Shown here: positions 1 through 10,160 of the stretch, piece after piece
Numbering within the stretch: the stretch's first letter is position 1
Layout of the letters: every line of letters starts with the position of its first letter
From: an uncultured Acidobacteriota bacterium
GTDB lineage: Bacteria; Acidobacteriota; Thermoanaerobaculia; UBA5066; Gp7-AA6
Direction: 5' to 3'
Assembly: GCA_963764715.1 (NCBI GenBank)
Contig: CAVXTP010000022.1
Location: 32,001-96,000, forward strand
DNA: 64,000 bases
The notes under the pieces: generated by a model
Told to the model about the DNA's origin: nothing
The model's input: only the letters and a program-made list of their open reading frames with translations
Databases searched by the model: none
Made by a program: the position numbers and the translations under genes

Positions 1-683
1 GCGCCGAGAAGGTCAAGGTCCTCGAGTCGATCCGGCCGTTCGAGAACGACGGGATCGCCGAGTGGGCGGTCCGGGGCCAGTACGGCCCGGGGGTCGTCAA
101 CGGCAAGCGCGTGCCCGGGTACCGCGAGGAGGAGAAGGTCGATCCGCAGTCCTTCACGCCGACCTACGCCGCCATCAAGGTCGCGATCGACAACTGGCGC
201 TGGGCCGGCGTGCCGTTCTACCTGCGCTCCGGCAAGCGGCTCGCCAAGCGCGTCACCGAGGTCGCGATCGAGTTCAAACAGGTGCCCCACCGCTTCTTCA
301 GCAAGGCCTCGGGGGAGCTCTCGCCGAACGTCCTGCGCCTGCACATTCAGCCGGACGAGGGCGTGTCGCTCAAGTTCGGCGTCAAGGTCCCGGGCTCGGT
401 GCTGCAGGTGCAGTCGGTCTACATGGACTTCCCGTACTCGAAGCTCGGGGCGCCGATCGCCGGCGGGTACGAGCGGCTTCTCGTCGACGTCACGCACGGG
501 GACCAGACCCTCTTCATCCGCGGCGACGAAGCGGAGCACGCGTGGGAAGTGCTGACCCCGATCCTCGACGCCTGGGAGCGCACGCCGCCGGCCGATTTCC
601 CCAACTACGCCGCCGGCACGTTCGGGCCCGAGGCCGCGGACCGCTTCCTCGAAAAGGACGGCAGACGCTGGCGCACGCTGTAG
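1..683 (+). CDS. zwf: Glucose-6-phosphate 1-dehydrogenase, C-terminal part (5' end outside window)
   Basis: Motifs IDNWRWAGVPFYLRSGKRL, LRLHIQPDEG, YERLL and FIRGDE; the reading frame is open back to the window edge. Confidence 0.95.
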   Translation, partial: AEKVKVLESIRPFENDGIAEWAVRGQYGPGVVNGKRVPGYREEEKVDPQSFTPTYAAIKVAIDNWRWAGVPFYLRSGKRLAKRVTEVAIEFKQVPHRFFSKASGELSPNVLRLHIQPDEGVSLKFGVKVPGSVLQVQSVYMDFPYSKLGAPIAGGYERLLVDVTHGDQTLFIRGDEAEHAWEVLTPILDAWERTPPADFPNYAAGTFGPEAADRFLEKDGRRWRTL

Positions 684-775
684 GAGAGGGCGGGGACGAG
701 CCCCGCCCCTACGAACCGGGGCCTCCAAGGCCCGCCCTTCGGTCGTAGGGGCGGCCCTCGCGGCCGCCCCCTCTC
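684..775. repeat. Inverted pair of GTAG-type REP palindromes (REPIN/BIME-like)
   Basis: GTAGGGGCGGGGCTCGTCCCCGCCC on the minus strand (688-712) and GTAGGGGCGGCCCTCGCGGCCGCCC on the plus strand (745-769), intergenic after the zwf stop. Confidence 0.7.
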
Positions 776-779
776 GAGC

Positions 780-1556
780 ATGAGCCCGTCGGCGTATCGC
801 GACTTCCCGTTTCCCCTGAACGTTCTCCTCTCCGTCCTCGAGCGCGAAGAGGGGAGCGCCGCCTCCATGCACTACGGCCTCTTCGAGCACCCCGGCGACA
901 CGATCGCCGCGGCCCAGGAGCGCTCGACGCAGCTGCTTCTGTCCCGACTCCCGCCGCCCTCGGCGTCGCTTCTCGAGGTCGGCATCGGCCTCGGGACGAC
1001 GCTCGCCCGGCTGACGGGGATGGGATACGCGGCTCAGGGCATCACGCCCGACCCCGTGCAGGCCGCGGCCGCGGCGGAGCGCTTCGGAGGGAGCATCCGA
1101 GTCCACACGACCCCGCTCGAGCACTACGAGACGACCGACCGCTTCGACGCCGTTCTTTTTCAGGAGTCCTCGCAGTACATCGAGAGCGGCGCGCTCTTCC
1201 GGAAGGTCCGCGCCCTCGCGGCCCCCGGCGCCCGCGTGGTCGTTCTCGACGAGTTCGCGCTCGCGCCCGTCGAAACGCCCGACGCCCTCCATCGCCTCGA
1301 CCGCTTCCTCGAGGCCGCGGAGGCGGCGGGCTTCCGGCGGGAGGAGGAGCTCGACGTCACGGCGAAAGCCGCTCCCACGATCGACTATTTCCTCGAGCGG
1401 ATTCCCCGGCACCGCGCGGCGATCGAACGGGACCTCGGCCTGGAGCCCGCTCGGATCGACGCGCTCCTCGAGAGCGGCCACGGCTACCGTGCGCTCTATG
1501 CCTCCGGCGCCTACGGCTACCGTCTGCTCCGGTTCGAACGCCGGCCGACGCCTTGA
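780..1556 (+). CDS. Class I SAM-dependent methyltransferase
   Basis: MHYGLF, LLEVGIGLG SAM-binding motif, FDAVLFQES. Confidence 0.85.
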   Translation: MSPSAYRDFPFPLNVLLSVLEREEGSAASMHYGLFEHPGDTIAAAQERSTQLLLSRLPPPSASLLEVGIGLGTTLARLTGMGYAAQGITPDPVQAAAAAERFGGSIRVHTTPLEHYETTDRFDAVLFQESSQYIESGALFRKVRALAAPGARVVVLDEFALAPVETPDALHRLDRFLEAAEAAGFRREEELDVTAKAAPTIDYFLERIPRHRAAIERDLGLEPARIDALLESGHGYRALYASGAYGYRLLRFERRPTP

Positions 1557-3133
1557 AGAAACGGGCTCGGCGGGCGCTGGCCTGGGCCGGAATCCTGGCC
1601 GCTGCACTCGCCGTTCGGGCCCTGCCGCTCGGAGCGGCGAAGCCGTACATGTCTTATGTCGACGAAGGCAACTATCTCCACCCCGCGTTCGCGATTCTGC
1701 GATCCGGAGACTGGGACCAGCCGGCCTTCCTGTACCCACAGCTTCCGATCTTCGGCGCGGCGGCGGCGATGCATGTTGCCGACGGCCTCTCGCGCGCGCT
1801 CGGCGGACGCTCGCTTCGAGCCGAGGTCCCCCGTGACGTTCAGATCTACGACGAGCTGGAGCCCTTCGAGTTTCTCCTCGCCGCCAGGCTCGCCGTGCTG
1901 GCCGTGAGTCTTGGAATCGTCATCCTCACGGGCGTGCTCGCGAGCCGGATGGCGGGTCCGGAGGCTGGGCTGGCGGCGGGACTTCTGGCGGCCCTGGTCC
2001 CGGCGCTCGTCGTGCGCAGCGCGTATGCCACGGTCGACCCGTGGGCGACCTTCTTCGCGCTCGGGACACTGATTCTGACCGACGTGTCCCGGACCTCGCG
2101 GCGGCCCGGCCTGGCCTCCCTCGGGGCGGGAGCGCTCGCGGGCCTGGCGTTCGCATCGAAGTACCCGGCGGGTCTCGTCATCCTGAGCTTCATGGTGACC
2201 ACGATCCTCGCCGGCCTCCCGGCGAAGGAGAAGTCGCGTCGAGTCCTGCTCGCCCTCTCGGGGCTCGTCGTCGGGGCCGTCGTCGCGATGCCCGCGCTCG
2301 TCGCCCACCCGCGAGCGGTCTTCGATGCGATCGTGCAACAGGGAACGCAGTATTCCGAGCTCGCTTCGCCCGCGCTCTGGCGTCAGGCCCTGGTCCGAGC
2401 CGAGTGGGACGTCCCGTACGACCGCCCCGAGCTCGGACCGGCGTTCGTTCTGTTCGCCACCGGGGGCCTGCTGCTCGGCCTTCGAACGAAGGAGATCGCT
2501 CCCGCGATCCGGGGGTGGTGGGCGTGGATCGGTGTGGCCGCCGCGCTGTACGGTACGAGATCCTTCCAACCGTTCCGAAACATGCTCCCGCTCGTGCCCC
2601 CGGCCTGCGTCGGCGTTTCCCTGCTCTACGTTCGCTGGAGTGCCCTGTCGAAGAGGCCGCGCCTCGTGGCGCTGGCCGGGGTGGTCTGGGTGCTCGCGAG
2701 CTTCGGCGTTCCCGTCGCAATCCAGTCGGTCGCTCGTGCCCGCCTCGTCGACAGCCGTGTGGCGGCGATCGACTGGCTGGCGGGGCACAGCCGGCCCGGA
2801 GAAACGGGCATCGTCGTCCGCGAACTCGGTGTGCTGCGACAGGAGATTCGCCGGGTCCCGGCCTGGGTGGGACCGCGGTGGGCCCGAATGGCGCCCGATG
2901 CCATTGCAACCCACGAGCCGCGGTGGGTCGTCGCGGGCGTATCGGCCGGAGCCGGCGCCGTGGATGGACAGCTCCTGGACCACCCGGAGATTCGCGACGA
3001 GTATGTCGTCCGTTTTCGGGCCGGTCGGCGGGCGACCCCGTCTGACCCGGGCGGCTGGCGAGGCAACGACGAGATGGTCTGCGTGCTGGAGAGAAAGAAC
3101 CCCTCGGTTTCCGCGCCCGAGCAGAGCCGATGA
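1553..3133 (+). CDS. Membrane glycosyltransferase (GT39/GT83, ArnT-like)
   Basis: N-terminal VDE motif, multiple transmembrane segments, GLAFASKY motif; start overlaps the upstream stop. Confidence 0.7.
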   Translation: MKKRARRALAWAGILAAALAVRALPLGAAKPYMSYVDEGNYLHPAFAILRSGDWDQPAFLYPQLPIFGAAAAMHVADGLSRALGGRSLRAEVPRDVQIYDELEPFEFLLAARLAVLAVSLGIVILTGVLASRMAGPEAGLAAGLLAALVPALVVRSAYATVDPWATFFALGTLILTDVSRTSRRPGLASLGAGALAGLAFASKYPAGLVILSFMVTTILAGLPAKEKSRRVLLALSGLVVGAVVAMPALVAHPRAVFDAIVQQGTQYSELASPALWRQALVRAEWDVPYDRPELGPAFVLFATGGLLLGLRTKEIAPAIRGWWAWIGVAAALYGTRSFQPFRNMLPLVPPACVGVSLLYVRWSALSKRPRLVALAGVVWVLASFGVPVAIQSVARARLVDSRVAAIDWLAGHSRPGETGIVVRELGVLRQEIRRVPAWVGPRWARMAPDAIATHEPRWVVAGVSAGAGAVDGQLLDHPEIRDEYVVRFRAGRRATPSDPGGWRGNDEMVCVLERKNPSVSAPEQSR

Positions 3134-3148
3134 CGACCGGGCCGGGTC

Positions 3149-5233
3149 CTAGGCTTCCTTGACCTCGCCGCCCTTGCCGGCCTTGGACTGGGCGATCACC
3201 TTCTCCTGGAGCGCGTGCGGGACCTCGGCGTAGTGCGAGAACTCGAGGTGGAAGGAGCCGCGGCCCTGGGTGATCGAGCGCAGCTGCGCGCCGTAGGTCA
3301 GAAGCTCCGACATCGGGACCTGCGCCTTGATGACGGTGTCGTCTTCGGCGGCGTCCATGCCCTCGACCTTTCCCCGGCGGGACGAGAGGTCCCCCATGAG
3401 ATCGCCGACGTACTCGTTGGGAGCCGTGATCTCGACGTTCATGACGGGCTCGAGCAGCGTGGGCCTGGCGGCCGCCATCGCCTCCTTGTAGGCGAGGGCC
3501 CCGGCGAGCTTGAACGCGAGCTCGGAGGAGTCGACGTCGTGGTACTGGCCGTCGTAGAGCGTGACGCGGAAGTCGACCATCGGGTACCCGGCGAGGAAGC
3601 CCTTGCGGCGGACCTCCTGGATCCCCTTCTCGACGGCGGGGATGAAGTTGCGCGGGATCGCTCCGCCGTAAATGTCGTCGACGAACTCGAAGTCCTTGCC
3701 GCGGGGCAGCGGCTCGACGCGGATGCGGCAGTCGGCGAACTGGCCGTGGCCGCCGGTCTGCTTCTTGTGCCGGCCGTGGGCCTCGGCCTTGCGGGTGATG
3801 GTCTCGCGGTAGGGGACCTTGGGCGGGTGGAGGATGACCTCGACGCCGTACCGCTTCTTGAGGCGGGCGACGGCGATCTCGACGTGGAGCTGCGAGGCGC
3901 CGGCGAGGTGGAACTCCTTGGTCTCCTCGTCCCGCTGGAAGGAGAGCGAGGGATCTTCCTCGATCAGCTTGTGGAGGGCCGTCGAGATCTTGTCCTCGTC
4001 GCCCTTGGCCTTCGGCTCGATGGCGTAGGCGATCGAGGCCTCCGGGACCTTGAGCGCCGGGATGACGACGGGGTGGTCCTTGGCCGTGAGCGTGTCGCCC
4101 GTCAGCGTTTCCTTGAGCTTGGCGACGGCGACGATGTCGCCGGCCTTCGCCTCGGCGACGCTGACGTGCTCCTTGCCCTGCGGCAGGAACAGGCCCGAGA
4201 AGCGCTCCGGGACGCTCTTTCCGGAATTCCAGTAGGTTCCGTCGGACTGGAAGTGGCCCGCGAGAACACGCAGGTACGAGATGCGGCCCGCGAAGGGGTC
4301 CGAGACCGTCTTGAAGACCTGCGCGACCGCGGGGTCTTTCTCGTTGCAGAAGATCATGGCGGGCTTGCCGTCCTTGCCGACCGCCTCGGTCTTCCGCTCT
4401 TCGGGGGTCGGCAGGAGCGCGACGCAGGCGTCGAGGATCCGCAGGGCGCCGACGGTGTGGGAGGAGGAGGCGCAAAGGACGGGGAAGATCTTGCGCTCGA
4501 CGATCTCGCGCTTCAACCCGGGCACGATGTCCTGGGCGTCGAGGGTGCCCTGGGCGAAGAACTTCTCCATGAGGTCGTCCTCGCCCTCGGCGACGGCCTC
4601 GACGAGCGCCTCGTGCTCGGCCTTCGCGCGCTCGGCCAGGTCGGCCGGGATGGGCCCGTCGCTGCGCTTGCCGTCGTCGTTGACGTGCGCTTCCATCCGG
4701 ACGAGGTCGACGGTGCCGTGGAAGCCCTTCTCCTCGCCGATCGGGATCTGGAGGGCGACGACGCCCCGGCCGAACTTCTTCTGGAGGCTGGCGATCGAGC
4801 GGTCGAAGGAGGCGCGCTCGCGGTCCATCCGGTTGACGACGAAGAGCACCGGCCGCCCGAACTCGGCGGCGAACTTCCAGACCCGCTCGGTCTGGACCTC
4901 GACTCCCGAAACGGCGTCGAGCACGATGATGGCGGCGTCGGCGGCGTAGACGGCCGCGCGCGCTTCGGTCGCGAAGATGCCGTAGCCGGGGGCGTCGATG
5001 AAGTTGATCTTCGTGTCGCGGTGGACGACGTGGGCGCAGGCCAGGTTGATCGAGATCTTGCGGTCGATTTCCTCGCCGTCGAAGTCCGTCGGGCAGGTGC
5101 CATCCTCGATGCGGCCGGCCCGGGTGGTTGCCCCGGCGGCGTACAGGAGGGAGGCGACGAGGGTGGTCTTGCCGACCGTGTTGTGTCCCACGACGGCGAC
5201 GTTGCGCAGGTTGGGAGCGGAGAATGACTTCAT
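3149..5233 (-). CDS. fusA: Elongation factor G paralog (EF-G2 type)
   Basis: 694 aa with GHNTVGKTT, DAPG, NRMD, KKQTGGHGQF and HDVDSSE; lies outside the str operon. Confidence 0.92.
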   Translation of the reverse strand: MKSFSAPNLRNVAVVGHNTVGKTTLVASLLYAAGATTRAGRIEDGTCPTDFDGEEIDRKISINLACAHVVHRDTKINFIDAPGYGIFATEARAAVYAADAAIIVLDAVSGVEVQTERVWKFAAEFGRPVLFVVNRMDRERASFDRSIASLQKKFGRGVVALQIPIGEEKGFHGTVDLVRMEAHVNDDGKRSDGPIPADLAERAKAEHEALVEAVAEGEDDLMEKFFAQGTLDAQDIVPGLKREIVERKIFPVLCASSSHTVGALRILDACVALLPTPEERKTEAVGKDGKPAMIFCNEKDPAVAQVFKTVSDPFAGRISYLRVLAGHFQSDGTYWNSGKSVPERFSGLFLPQGKEHVSVAEAKAGDIVAVAKLKETLTGDTLTAKDHPVVIPALKVPEASIAYAIEPKAKGDEDKISTALHKLIEEDPSLSFQRDEETKEFHLAGASQLHVEIAVARLKKRYGVEVILHPPKVPYRETITRKAEAHGRHKKQTGGHGQFADCRIRVEPLPRGKDFEFVDDIYGGAIPRNFIPAVEKGIQEVRRKGFLAGYPMVDFRVTLYDGQYHDVDSSELAFKLAGALAYKEAMAAARPTLLEPVMNVEITAPNEYVGDLMGDLSSRRGKVEGMDAAEDDTVIKAQVPMSELLTYGAQLRSITQGRGSFHLEFSHYAEVPHALQEKVIAQSKAGKGGEVKEA

Positions 5234-5242
5234 GGCGCCGGA

Positions 5243-5389
5243 TTATATTGAAGGCCTGGCGCAGCCCCGGGCCAAAAGAACCCACAGAAAGACCGCCGTG
5301 GCCGCGAGAATTACGCCCGCGAGCAGCAGCGCCGCCGCGACGGCTTTGCCGCTTTTGAGCCGTTCCTCCGGGTCCTCGCGCGGCGTCAC
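5243..5389 (-). CDS. Small single-TM hypothetical protein (48 aa)
   Basis: GTG start, MTPREDPEERLKSGK followed by a hydrophobic stretch; fills the intergenic gap. Confidence 0.4.
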   Translation of the reverse strand: MTPREDPEERLKSGKAVAAALLLAGVILAATAVFLWVLLARGCARPSI

Positions 5390-5416
5390 CGCCGCTCCGG
5401 CGACAATGAGGGCGGC

Positions 5417-5569
5417 ATGACCGCGCTCTCCTGTGTGGGCATCGGGCTCGCCTTCGCGATCGCCGTCGGCCTGCTCGTGTTCGCGGGCTTCCTGCTGGGC
5501 TGGGTGATCCCCGCGATCATCGAGCGTTCGCGGCAACGCCGAGACGGTCCTCCGCCGAGTAGAGATTGA
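5417..5569 (+). CDS. Small single-TM hypothetical protein (50 aa)
   Basis: My translation: MTALSCVGIGLAFAIAVGLLVFAGFLLGWVIPAIIERSRQRRDGPPPSRD; overlaps the fdhD 3' end. Confidence 0.35.
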   Translation: MTALSCVGIGLAFAIAVGLLVFAGFLLGWVIPAIIERSRQRRDGPPPSRD

Positions 5570-6344
5570 AGCCTCCCTCCCGCAGGAAGCCCACGAGGGC
5601 GACGCGCGCGGCGCGCGCGAGATCGATCGCGAGCGAGGAGGGCGCGGACACCGCGGCGAGGATCGGCACCCCGGCGGCCACGGCCTTCTGAACGATCTCG
5701 AACGAGGCGCGGCCGGACACGAGCAGGACGTTCTGCGACAGGGGAACTCGGCCCTCGCGAAAGAGGTGCCCGAGGACCTTGTCGACGGCGTTGTGCCGTC
5801 CGACGTCCTCGCGCGAAGCCACGAGCTCGCCCGAGAGCGTGAAGACACCCGCCCCGTGGAGCCCGCCCGTCTCCGCGAAATCGGCCTGCGCCCGTCGCAG
5901 CTTCGCCGGCAGAGATGCGAGCACGTCGGGGGAGATCCGGGCGTCCGAGGCGACCGGGGGAAACCGCCCGTGGATCGACTCGATCGAGCCCTTGCCGCAG
6001 AGGCCGCAGGAGGAGCTCGTCAGGAGGAGCCGCTTCGCGCGGTCGAGGCCGCGGGCCGGCGCGGTGGAGCGGACGATGACGACGTTGCCTTCCTCCTCCT
6101 CCGAGCGGACCTCGCGGCAGTGCTCCAGCCGGACGATCTCCTCGGGCCGCCGGACGATGCCCTCGGAGAGGAGCCATCCGGCCGCCAGGTCGAAATCGTG
6201 GCCGGGGGTCCGCATGGTGACGGCGAGCGTCTCGGACCCGACGCGGATCTCGAGCGGCTCCTCGACCGTCACACGGTCCTCGCGGGGCCGGGCCTCGCCC
6301 CCCGCCTCGAACCGGAGGATGCGTTCGCCTCGGACCGGGTCCAT
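5517..6344 (-). CDS. fdhD: Formate dehydrogenase accessory sulfurtransferase FdhD
   Basis: EEPLEI, TMRTPG, SSCGLCG, REDVGRHNAVDK and VSAPSSLA motifs. Confidence 0.95.
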   Translation of the reverse strand: MDPVRGERILRFEAGGEARPREDRVTVEEPLEIRVGSETLAVTMRTPGHDFDLAAGWLLSEGIVRRPEEIVRLEHCREVRSEEEEGNVVIVRSTAPARGLDRAKRLLLTSSSCGLCGKGSIESIHGRFPPVASDARISPDVLASLPAKLRRAQADFAETGGLHGAGVFTLSGELVASREDVGRHNAVDKVLGHLFREGRVPLSQNVLLVSGRASFEIVQKAVAAGVPILAAVSAPSSLAIDLARAARVALVGFLREGGFNLYSAEDRLGVAANAR

Positions 6345-6512
6345 AGGGCGCAGAATACCGCTCCAATACGGCCTCCGACGACACCCGCAGGCCGTCCGGA
6401 CCGCCCCGATTCACACGCGGATCCGGCCAACCTGCTAGAATTTCGGCGGTCCGGCGCCCACTTGCATCACCGCGGGTCGTCCGCCGGGCGGGGAGGGACT
6501 CGTTCCGAGCCT

Positions 6513-8678
6513 ATGGCGGAGAAAGTAGCGGGAGCGCGCGTGGGCAGGCTCGGCCGCTACGAAGTCTTGAACGAGCTCGGCAAGGGCGCGATGGGAGTCG
6601 TGTACCTCGCCAAGGACCCCGTCATCGGCCGGCTCGTCGCCATCAAGACCATCAAGACGTCCCAGGGCGACGAGGACGACTCGGAGTCCCGCGAGTTCCG
6701 GGAGCGCTTCGTGCGCGAGGCGCAGACGGCCGGGATCCTCTCCCATCCCAACATCGTCACGATCCACGACATCGGGGAGGACACCGAAAGCCGCGCGTCC
6801 TTCATCGCCATGGAGTACATCGAGGGGCGCAACCTCAAGTCGCTCCTGGCCGACAAGAACCGGTTCACCTGGGACGAGATCGCGGACCTCGTGGCGCAGA
6901 TCGGCGAAGCCCTCGACTACGCCCACCGCAAGGGCATCATCCACCGCGACGTCAAGCCGGCGAACATCATCCTGACGACCGACGGCAAGGTCAAGATCAC
7001 CGATTTCGGGATCGCGAAGGTCGCCTCGTCCAACCTCACGACCACCGGCCAGTTTCTCGGGACCCCCAACTACATGTCGCCCGAGCAGGTCTCCGGCGCC
7101 CCCGTCGACGGCCGGAGCGACATCTTTTCGCTGGGCGTCGTGCTGTACGAGATGCTGACCTTGCGCAAGCCCTTCCAGGGCGACAACCTCACGGCGATCT
7201 CGTACAAGATCGTCCACGAGGACTTCACGCCTCCGGCCGACCTCTCGAGCGACGTCCCGCCGGAGTTCAACCCGATCGTCGCCCGCGCGATGGCCAAGGA
7301 CCCGTGGAACCGGTACCAGCGCGGCAAGGACATGGCCCTCGCGCTCTACCAGCTCAAGGCCCACATGGAGGAGCAGAAGGCGCTCCAGGACCTCGGCACG
7401 ATGGTCTCGGCCGCCGAGAATCTGCCGACCCTGAAGCTCGCGAACCTGCAGGAGCTCGCGGCGCAGGGCGCGCCGCGCGACACGACGGCCGTTCCTCCCG
7501 CTGCGCCGCCGCCGCCCGGTCCGCCGCCCGCGCCCTCCGACGTGCCGGGCGGCGAGGACGACCGCGAGTCGACGAACCCCGTGCGCGTCGCCGCGGCGGA
7601 TGCGCCCGCCGAGCCGGAGGCCGAGACCTCGATCCCGCTCGAGGGCGGCTTCGAGAACGCGGATCAGCTTCCGCCCATCCCGGGCTCGACGCCGGTGGCG
7701 GCGCCGGCGCCCGTCCCCGCGCAGGAGTGGAAGAAGATCGCGAAGGCCGAGGTCAATCCCAAGTGGTTCTGGCGCGTCGTGGCCGGTGCCGCGGGACTCG
7801 CGATCCTCGTCATCGGCTTCTTCGCGCTGCGGGCGAGGTCGGCCTCGACGCCGACCGTGGCCCCCGACGCGGCGCTCGAGCAGGAAGTCCACGACCGCAA
7901 GCAGGCGCTGGAAGAGGGTCAGAAGCTCTTCGCCGCGGGCCAGTACGCCGAGAGCCTGGCGAAGTTCCGGCAAGTCCTCGCGCGCAGCCCCAACAACGAG
8001 GAGGCCCGCAAGTACGCCCAGATGGCGGAGAACGCCGTCAAGAGCCAGCAGGAGGAGACGCAGCGCCGCGAGCAGGAAGCCGCGACGCTCGCCGCCGCGC
8101 GCACGGCGCTCGCCGAGGGGCGGCCCGAGGAGGCCAAGCAGAAGGCCGAAGAGGTGCTCGCGGCCGACGCCGCCAACGCCGACGCCCAGTCGGTCCGCGA
8201 CGAGGCCGACGCGAAGATCGCCGAGAAGGTCGCGGCCGAGGCCGCCGCGCGCAAGAAGGTGTCGAAGCCCAAGGAGGCGCCCGCGGTCGCCAGGAAGGGA
8301 GCCGCTCCCGCCCCGGCCGGCGGGCCCGCCCGAGCCGCCGCCGCCGCGCCGCCGTCGCAGGGCGCGGCCCCGGCCCCCGCCCCCGGCACCGCGACCGTCC
8401 GCCTCGTGTTCGACTCGCCGCTGCCCGAAGGCCACGTCATGATCGCCGTCAACGACCAGATCCTTCTGCGCAAGCCCTTCTCGTTCAAGAAGGGCGAGAG
8501 CCGCAGCGTGATCGCGAGCCTCACGGTGCAGCCCGGGCCCGCGACGATCAAGGCCTGGCTCTCGGGCCCGGACATGCCGTCGGCATTCGCCACGACGAGC
8601 GCGCAGGTCTCGGGCGGCGAGACGAAGACGCTCCGGCTCGACTATTCGGGCGGAAAGCTCGGGATCCAGCTCCAGTAG
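6513..8678 (+). CDS. Membrane-anchored Ser/Thr protein kinase (PknB-like) with TPR-like and C-terminal extracellular domains
   Basis: [22 protein letters not shown] and GTPNYMSPE; Pro-rich linker and one TM segment; ATG at 6513 after a GGAGG-like sequence. Confidence 0.92.
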   Translation: MAEKVAGARVGRLGRYEVLNELGKGAMGVVYLAKDPVIGRLVAIKTIKTSQGDEDDSESREFRERFVREAQTAGILSHPNIVTIHDIGEDTESRASFIAMEYIEGRNLKSLLADKNRFTWDEIADLVAQIGEALDYAHRKGIIHRDVKPANIILTTDGKVKITDFGIAKVASSNLTTTGQFLGTPNYMSPEQVSGAPVDGRSDIFSLGVVLYEMLTLRKPFQGDNLTAISYKIVHEDFTPPADLSSDVPPEFNPIVARAMAKDPWNRYQRGKDMALALYQLKAHMEEQKALQDLGTMVSAAENLPTLKLANLQELAAQGAPRDTTAVPPAAPPPPGPPPAPSDVPGGEDDRESTNPVRVAAADAPAEPEAETSIPLEGGFENADQLPPIPGSTPVAAPAPVPAQEWKKIAKAEVNPKWFWRVVAGAAGLAILVIGFFALRARSASTPTVAPDAALEQEVHDRKQALEEGQKLFAAGQYAESLAKFRQVLARSPNNEEARKYAQMAENAVKSQQEETQRREQEAATLAAARTALAEGRPEEAKQKAEEVLAADAANADAQSVRDEADAKIAEKVAAEAAARKKVSKPKEAPAVARKGAAPAPAGGPARAAAAAPPSQGAAPAPAPGTATVRLVFDSPLPEGHVMIAVNDQILLRKPFSFKKGESRSVIASLTVQPGPATIKAWLSGPDMPSAFATTSAQVSGGETKTLRLDYSGGKLGIQLQ

Positions 8679-8703
8679 CGGCCCGCGCGCCATTCGGGGG
8701 CCT

Positions 8704-8732
8704 TTGCCAAAAGGCCCGGAATCGCGTATAAC
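8704..8732 (+). promoter_or_regulatory. Sigma70-type promoter of tRNA-Pro
   Basis: TTGCCA-17 nt-TATAAC, 11 nt upstream of the tRNA. Confidence 0.7.
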
Positions 8733-8743
8733 CCGCAACTCCT

Positions 8744-8829
<86 letters not shown>

Positions 8830-8830
8830 G

Positions 8831-9979
8831 TCACTTGCGAGAGGAACCCTCGCTCGATCCTAACCCGAGTACGCTCACATTGTCCCTCTTCTGTCCCACT
8901 TCTCCGGATTCGCGGCGGTAGCGCTGCGTCCGCTCTAGCCCCGACCGCACGTCGCGGCCGTCGACGATGTCGTACCTCTCGAAGACCGCGTCGCTGCGGT
9001 GGCCGCTGATGGTGCGGGCGATCGTCGGCGCGACGCCGGCGCGGACCATGTCCCGCACGGCGCTCCGCCGGAGGTCATGGAAGAGCTTCCCGACGTAGCG
9101 CTCCTTCTCGGGATCCGATTCGTCTGCGACCATGCGGCCGACGCCCGCCGCGCAGCAGGCCTTCTGCCACGACTTGCGGAAATCCACTACGGGACGTCCG
9201 TTCGCGTGAAACACGTAGGCGGAGAGCGCCGGACCGTCCGGCCCCTCGAACGTCCGTTTGTTCCACCGTTCCTCGAAGAGGGCACGGAGGTCGTCGTCGA
9301 ACGCGAGCACGCGGCCACGACCGTTCTTCGAATCGAACAGCCGAACCTCGCCAGCCGCCCGGTCCACCTGGTCCCACGTCATGCCGACGATCTCGCCCTT
9401 GCGCCAGCCGGTCAGGTATCCGAAACGCACGACATCGCATACCGGATCCGGGAGCCCGGCCGCGACCTTCTCGAACTCCACCCGCTCGAAGAAGCCGCGG
9501 CGGACGTTGTCCTCGCGCAACATCGGGAAGTGGGGGAGCCGTGAGACCTTGCCCTCCTTCGCAGCCAGCCGATAAGCCGCGCGGAGCGTCTCCACGTACC
9601 TGTTGACCGTTGCGGACGCCTTGGGCTCAGCCAGTTTCCGCTGTTGGAATGCCCGGATCTCGTCGGCAGCGAGAGTGGAGGCTCTCCGTGCTCCGAGCAC
9701 TTCCTCCACCGCCTTCCGATGTGCGCGGAAGGAGACCATCGATTTGGCCCCGCGCATGAGGAGATCCGCCTCGAGTGACTCGAGAAGCTCGGCCACCGTC
9801 AATCGCTCGGCCGCGGGCGGGACGAAGCGGTCGCCTGCAATTTCCTTCCGCTTCGCCTTGAGCGCCCGCCTGGCGTCGTCCTCAGTTGAACCCGCCGGCT
9901 GCCGGTAGTTGCGACCGTTCACGTTGTACGAGATCCACCAGCGTGATCCCCGCTGAAAAATCCGACCGTCACCCCGCAT
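8831..9979 (-). CDS. Phage-type tyrosine integrase
   Basis: Catalytic set GWRKGEI (R), SKNG (K), FHDLRR, GH and RY; N-terminus MRGDGRIFQRGSRWWISY resembles an arm-binding domain. Start could be 10003. Confidence 0.93.
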   Translation of the reverse strand: MRGDGRIFQRGSRWWISYNVNGRNYRQPAGSTEDDARRALKAKRKEIAGDRFVPPAAERLTVAELLESLEADLLMRGAKSMVSFRAHRKAVEEVLGARRASTLAADEIRAFQQRKLAEPKASATVNRYVETLRAAYRLAAKEGKVSRLPHFPMLREDNVRRGFFERVEFEKVAAGLPDPVCDVVRFGYLTGWRKGEIVGMTWDQVDRAAGEVRLFDSKNGRGRVLAFDDDLRALFEERWNKRTFEGPDGPALSAYVFHANGRPVVDFRKSWQKACCAAGVGRMVADESDPEKERYVGKLFHDLRRSAVRDMVRAGVAPTIARTISGHRSDAVFERYDIVDGRDVRSGLERTQRYRRESGEVGQKRDNVSVLGLGSSEGSSRK

Positions 9980-10160
9980 TCCTTCGGCCTCCCTTCTTCC
10001 CATCTGACCGTTCGGGAAACGCCATTTCCTCCGCGCGTTTCACACCGAAATAGTTTTCCAGTGCTTCGTTGACAATGTCGGCCAGATCTTTCCGCTCCTG
10101 CGCCGCGCGGATTTTTGCCGCCTCCCAGAGGTCATCCCGAAGCTTCAGGCTGGTCTTCAT
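9969..10160 (-). CDS. Ribbon-helix-helix (CopG/Arc-like) DNA-binding protein
   Basis: MKTSLKLRDDLWEAAKIRAAQERKDLADIVNEALENY fits the beta-helix-helix pattern; overlaps the integrase start. Confidence 0.75.
   Translation of the reverse strand: MKTSLKLRDDLWEAAKIRAAQERKDLADIVNEALENYFGVKRAEEMAFPERSDGKKGGRRNAG

Noticed and set aside
8831-9979. Integrase as an integron integrase (IntI)
   Set aside because: I cannot see the IntI-specific insertion. It has a phage-type N-terminus and is paired with tRNA att repeats. An intI_Cterm HMM search would settle it.
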